From: Lingula anatina
Lineage: Eukaryota; Animalia; Brachiopoda
Length of the DNA stretch: 64,000 nucleotides
Assembly: GCA_051362555.1 (NCBI GenBank)
Contig: CM120640.1
Location: 14,136,001-14,200,000 of the forward strand
Direction of reading: 5' to 3'
Positions 63,405 through 64,000 of the stretch are shown piece after piece (the stretch's first letter is position 1; each line of letters begins with the position of its first letter). The notes under the pieces were generated by a model that had not been told where the DNA came from, did no database searches, and saw only the letters and a program-made list of their open reading frames with translations. The translations under genes were made by a program, and so were the position numbers.

Positions 63405-64000
63405 ACTGTTTGAGAACAGTAAGTGACATGGTTTTTCTTAAATGTTCATCATGGGAGCAGTGCCCAAAGTAGGTTTTTTTCAAATTTTGATGCAATATTA
63501 CATAATGTTTAACAGCATAATGACCATCAAATTTTAATAATAAAATATTAGTATCATGGATATTCAGAAAATGTGACTAGCAAAGGTCTTCAGGCCCATG
63601 GAACTTCAAAGTCACAACTTGAAAATGCCAAAATGTAAATAAGACAGCACTGTTCTGAAATGTTTTTTTCCCCATTTTTAACAATTTTTAACATAAAACA
63701 AAATTAACAGTTTACTGCCATTTTTATATGATCAACTAAGAAAATTGATGAGATGGGAAAAATATCAATAAAGCAGTGTTAAATGTCCAATTTCTTCCAT
63801 TCTGAGATTCTGAACATAGTGAATGATTGAATCTGACAAACTGCAATGATATGAGTTTATTTCCATTTTTGAAACTTTATTACACAATACACGATAACAA
63901 GTTTACCATCATTTTTACAAAATCAACTAACAATGTTGTAAAGATGCAGGAAATGTCAAATAAAAACTTTTACGTATCTTATTAGTTTAAAAATGAGACT
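63405..64000 (-). mobile_element. HINE family 1 internal fragment, running off the window
   Basis: Reverse complement is collinear and highly similar to about 17775-18368. Confidence 0.85.

Overview
AT-rich, intron-containing animal genomic DNA; the repeat families suggest a marine invertebrate, but the taxon cannot be fixed from sequence alone. From left to right: (1) two tandem SEC14-like (CRAL-TRIO + GOLD) genes on +, the first lacking its 5' exons and the second complete with 13 coding exons and a possible alternative first exon; (2) five intronless GT31 beta-1,3-galactosyltransferase-like ORFs, two closely related pairs on - and one divergent copy on +; (3) a 5'-truncated, frameshifted LINE; (4) a tRNA-Gly(GCC); (5) the 3' half of a BRIP1/FANCJ helicase gene on -, reconstructed as 14 in-frame exons. 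Helentron-associated (HINE/DINE-1-like) elements with internal satellite arrays and many MITEs are interspersed. Main finding: four small exons, mostly invisible in the ORF track, add a C-terminal 2xCxxC domain to FANCJ that looks like the Yippee/Mis18/RIG-I-CTD zinc fold and is not described in human BRIP1. Also notable are a 146-bp intronic satellite with a trimeric higher-order structure and repeated DR1 nuclear-receptor motifs, a transposon end placed at a FANCJ splice acceptor, and mosaic divergence among the glycosyltransferase paralogs. All calls were made by eye; no searches were run.
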